This document shows positions 62,201-64,000 of a DNA stretch of 64,000 nt, in pieces. Origin of the DNA: Phoronis australis. Taxonomy: Eukaryota; Animalia; Phoronida. A program made the position numbers and the translations under genes. The stretch is from the NCBI GenBank assembly GCA_002633005.1, contig NMRA01000163.1, forward strand, positions 497,961 to 561,960, read 5' to 3'. The notes under the pieces were generated by a model. The model worked only from the letters and a program-made list of their open reading frames with translations, searched no databases and was not told where the DNA came from. How positions within the stretch are numbered: position 1 is the first letter of the stretch; every line of letters begins with the position of its first letter.

Positions 62201-64000
62201 TATGGACCTGAATGTGAAGAGCTAAAACAACTCATAGATAAACAGGGTGTGCCTTTGTAGTGAACGGAAATGCCAATAACTTGGTAATTATATGTCGGTC
62301 AATAATCAATTTTTGTCCTCGTAACTCTGATCAAGCAATTAGGGTTGGAGCTACACTTACAATTTTTTACTTGTGGCTGAAAGACCATTGAAAAAACGTT
62401 AACTTTACTTAACCATGAACTATTAATGATTTACATTCCCCTACAGCAGACTATAATTAAGACGGCAATAACGGTGTGACAAAAATGCATCAGACATTGG
62501 ATGGATCTCTACCATCAAGGGAAGCAAGATATAGACTGAGTCACAATTTTAATTTGATGGTTAATAGCATTATCAATTGAATTCTAGTTCCAACAGTACA
62601 CGCCTTTTTATAAACCGAGACTTACGCGATGGTCAACTTGAAGGTGGTGCAATCGACTTGAAGGTCATGTGAGACTGTAATTAACTGAGTATTAAGGCAC
62701 ATATAGATCTACAAAAAGTAGATTTTGAGTTTAAAATACTTTATGAAAATGGAAAGCCAGTAGAATTTGATTTCTGACTTCTAACCAACCCATCTTGTTT
62801 GATTGGTCACATGACCATGACTTTTTAATGAAATACGCAAAAACGAAGACTCATTGACAGCAAAATGACAGGTGAATATTTCATAAAATTTTATTTGATT
62901 AATTAAGATCTCAAAACGTTGTTACAGATTTTTAAAATATCATTTCATTTTCGTTTTATGCAACTTTAGAATTAATCAGGATTACTTTTTCATAGTCCGT
63001 GGTGCTAAAGTGTCCAGAACATTTAAAAACAAATCCTACCAGTGTTTTTAGAAAATTCAATGCACCTTGTGTAACATATGTGAAAGTTTCATATGAATTT
63101 GATGATGTTCCGATTTAGCCAAATGTGGAAATTTTTTAAGGTCCTAAGTAACCTTAATCATGGTCTTTTAAAGCTCAGCCATAAAGGCAGGGTATATTAC
63201 AATGTTATCAGCCATGTATAAACACACTAGCTGTGATTACCATAATCAATGGTGATATAACTACCTTGATGGTCATTAAATAGTAGGGCAGAATAAGCAA
63301 TAAGTTAAGAAACATGTCTTACCGCAAGTGGTGCAGTTTGTGGCCTTTTTCGTTGATACTCGGTAAAAGTCTTGTCCGTTGGGAAGCCAGCCAAAACTGC
63401 CGCCGATGTAGGACGGAAGTTACAACAAAGGTTTGATGGATTTTCATCGCCACACCGACCACATATTTTACGTGGACGAAACGCTAGAAGTGGCTCATGG
63501 ATGTGGTTATTGTCATGGCAACGAGCATGGCGGTCCATGAAATGCAGATCAGGGTGTGGCGGAGGGCGTATGTAGTACATCCGTTCTCTTTTTCGTTCAT
63601 GACTTTGATAGCAGTCGGCTTGAGAATAACTTGTGTTAAAAGTCCGCGTACTGAAGTTACTGGTGCGACTTGCGGCACTTTTAATTCGCCGCCTTGCATT
63701 TGCAATTCGAATCGAATTAGCTGTCGGAGGCTGACTGCTTCCACCATGAGAACGATGGTGTGTCTTTTCTTTTGCACTTTTCGGTCGAGCCGACGTCAGA
63801 ATGTTACGAGATCTAGACAATCCGGCACTTTTAGCGCGTGAAGCACGTGACCAGTTTTGAACGTCTTCATTTGCCTCTTCATCAGAGCTTGAAAAATCTA
63901 CTTCTGGGCATAATATGAAACTGTCCTCTACGTCAATTTTTTCACGACTGTAAATTCCAGTGGCACTACAACTGGCCACTTTGTTATAACCTTTTGCCAA
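44132..64000 (-). CDS. Uncharacterised proline-rich protein with C-terminal degenerate EF-hand-like domain, 5' end outside the window
   Basis: Exons (minus): >64000-63323, 58627-58466, 57173-56295, 55746-55321, 53161-53056, 51996-51908, 49344-48914, 48102-47967, 47746-47621, 46755-46665, 45671-45556, 44902-44739, 44264-44132. All AG/GT and phase-consistent, 3537 nt visible (about 1178 aa). Confidence 0.8.
44576..44727. repeat. Minisatellite, 3 x ~50 bp
   Basis: ACATTTAGCTATAGATCTTCCCCTCCCTCCGCCACCCTCTC...TATCA units at 44576, 44624 and 44678. Confidence 0.9.
44739..44902 (-). CDS. Proline-rich gene exon (DLEKAIKDVL...TQVDYRLYCGISAFAERLLY)
   Basis: AG/GT boundaries, helix-loop-helix-like spacing. 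Confidence 0.85.
45556..45671 (-). CDS. Proline-rich gene exon (LDPKDYLRKYCIVSSRR...GKLLYK)
   Basis: AG/GT boundaries, phase 1-0. Confidence 0.85.
45865..46290. mobile_element. Old foldback/MITE with long degenerate inverted arms
   Basis: GGCCCTTAACT...AGTCTTGTAATATT...GGATTCCATT mirrors AATGGAATCC...AATATTTTGAGACT...AGTAAAAGGCCC. Internal direct repeat AAACTCTGAA..CATT occurs twice. Confidence 0.5.
46295..46595. mobile_element. Non-autonomous TTAA-type DNA transposon (Kolobok-like)
   Basis: TIR GGTTATGTAAGAC / GTCCTACATAACC, flanks ATAA and TTAA. Confidence 0.6.
46665..46755 (-). CDS. Proline-rich gene exon (RKTQPWLHGRLALSKRSSRFELPMDMRLLE)
   Basis: AG/GT boundaries, phase 0-1. Confidence 0.85.
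47621..47746 (-). CDS. Proline-rich gene exon (LPKSYLLDLQEILELEMKARRREVEALMQEEK...)
   Basis: AG/GT boundaries, helical/coiled-coil-like. Confidence 0.8.
47967..48102 (-). CDS. Proline-rich gene exon (TPTQPVEVVLPPAP...MFVMDSQ)
   Basis: ttccag acceptor, gtgagt donor. Confidence 0.8.
48914..49344 (-). CDS. Proline-rich gene exon with (RPPSP)n repeats and a Lys-rich segment
   Basis: 15-bp tandem repeat at about 49134-49212 encodes RPPSP. AG/GT boundaries. Confidence 0.85.
51908..51996 (-). CDS. Proline-rich gene exon (PVQQRAPSPVAPVFIPLAVDQSPGTWAEP)
   Basis: ttcag/gtgagt boundaries, phase 1-0. Confidence 0.8.
52690..52798. repeat. Inverted repeat/hairpin (18-bp perfect inner stem, 10-bp outer stem)
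   Basis: CATTTTGAGAACCAGTTG 52716-52733 pairs with 52755-52772. ATAGTCTGAT 52694-52703 pairs with 52785-52794. Confidence 0.85.
53056..53161 (-). CDS. Proline-rich gene exon (VERVPPKSPSPPRPPRKVPEKKPEP...)
   Basis: ttgtag/gtgagt boundaries, phase 0-1. Confidence 0.82.
55321..55746 (-). CDS. Probable cassette exon of the proline-rich gene (142 codons)
   Basis: Open frame bounded by ctacag and gtaaca, phase 0-0. Confidence 0.5.
56295..57173 (-). CDS. Probable cassette exon of the proline-rich gene (293 codons)
   Basis: Long open frame bounded by cttag and gtacac, phase 0-0, with an internal duplicated motif. Confidence 0.65.
58466..58627 (-). CDS. Proline-rich gene exon (VVRGTRPHFCNF...PPPVKTPEPKK)
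   Basis: ttgtag/gtattt boundaries, phase 0-0. Confidence 0.75.
61098..61133 (+). ncRNA. Degenerate minimal type I hammerhead-like motif
   Basis: C[C]GATGA-T-GTCT-TATGAAT-AGAC-GAAA-CG-TT-GAG. Confidence 0.35.
62696..63153. mobile_element. Non-autonomous TTAA-flanked DNA transposon, same family as 46295-46595
   Basis: TTAA on both sides, right end GGTCCTAAGTAACC, shared internal words GTAGAATTTG and GTGAAAGTTTCA. Confidence 0.6.
63323..64000 (-). CDS. Proline-rich gene, large upstream exon (truncated by the window edge)
   Basis: 226 open codons with RAKSA/RPKSA/RPTSA/RPQTAP motifs, donor gtaaga. Confidence 0.8.

Noticed and set aside
1-64000. CRISPR arrays, operons or prokaryotic defence systems
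   Set aside because: The sequence is eukaryotic with spliceosomal introns, and no regularly spaced repeat-spacer array was seen.

Overview
AT-rich, intron-rich animal genomic DNA, most likely from an invertebrate (inferred from gene and repeat content; the species cannot be determined). Two spliced protein-coding genes lie in tandem on the minus strand. (1) A PHLPP-family gene (RA-like, PH, LRR, PP2C-like, C-terminal PDZ-ligand-like end) with 20 hand-reconstructed, phase-consistent coding exons at 28979->9402, about 1430 aa. It includes one GC-AG intron that hosts a complete but decayed Gypsy LTR retrotransposon (14953-19348). (2) An uncharacterised proline-rich protein with a degenerate EF-hand-like C-terminus (5' end beyond the window, stop at 44132). 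The left end holds a BEL/Pao 3' end abutting an ISL2EU/Harbinger-type transposase relic. It also holds a four-unit tandem array of tRNA-Ser-derived sequence associated with perfect 18-bp inverted repeats; one copy folds as a near-intact 82-nt Ser-type cloverleaf with a TAA (Leu) anticodon. 28704-30763 is repeated at 30765-33594 across a single N, probably uncollapsed haplotypes, exposing a presence/absence LINE insertion. Other elements: SINEs, MITEs, TTAA-flanked elements, an RLE (HERO/R2-group) LINE relic with a structured 3' end, and a degenerate minimal hammerhead-like motif. All calls are by-eye; no database searches were run.
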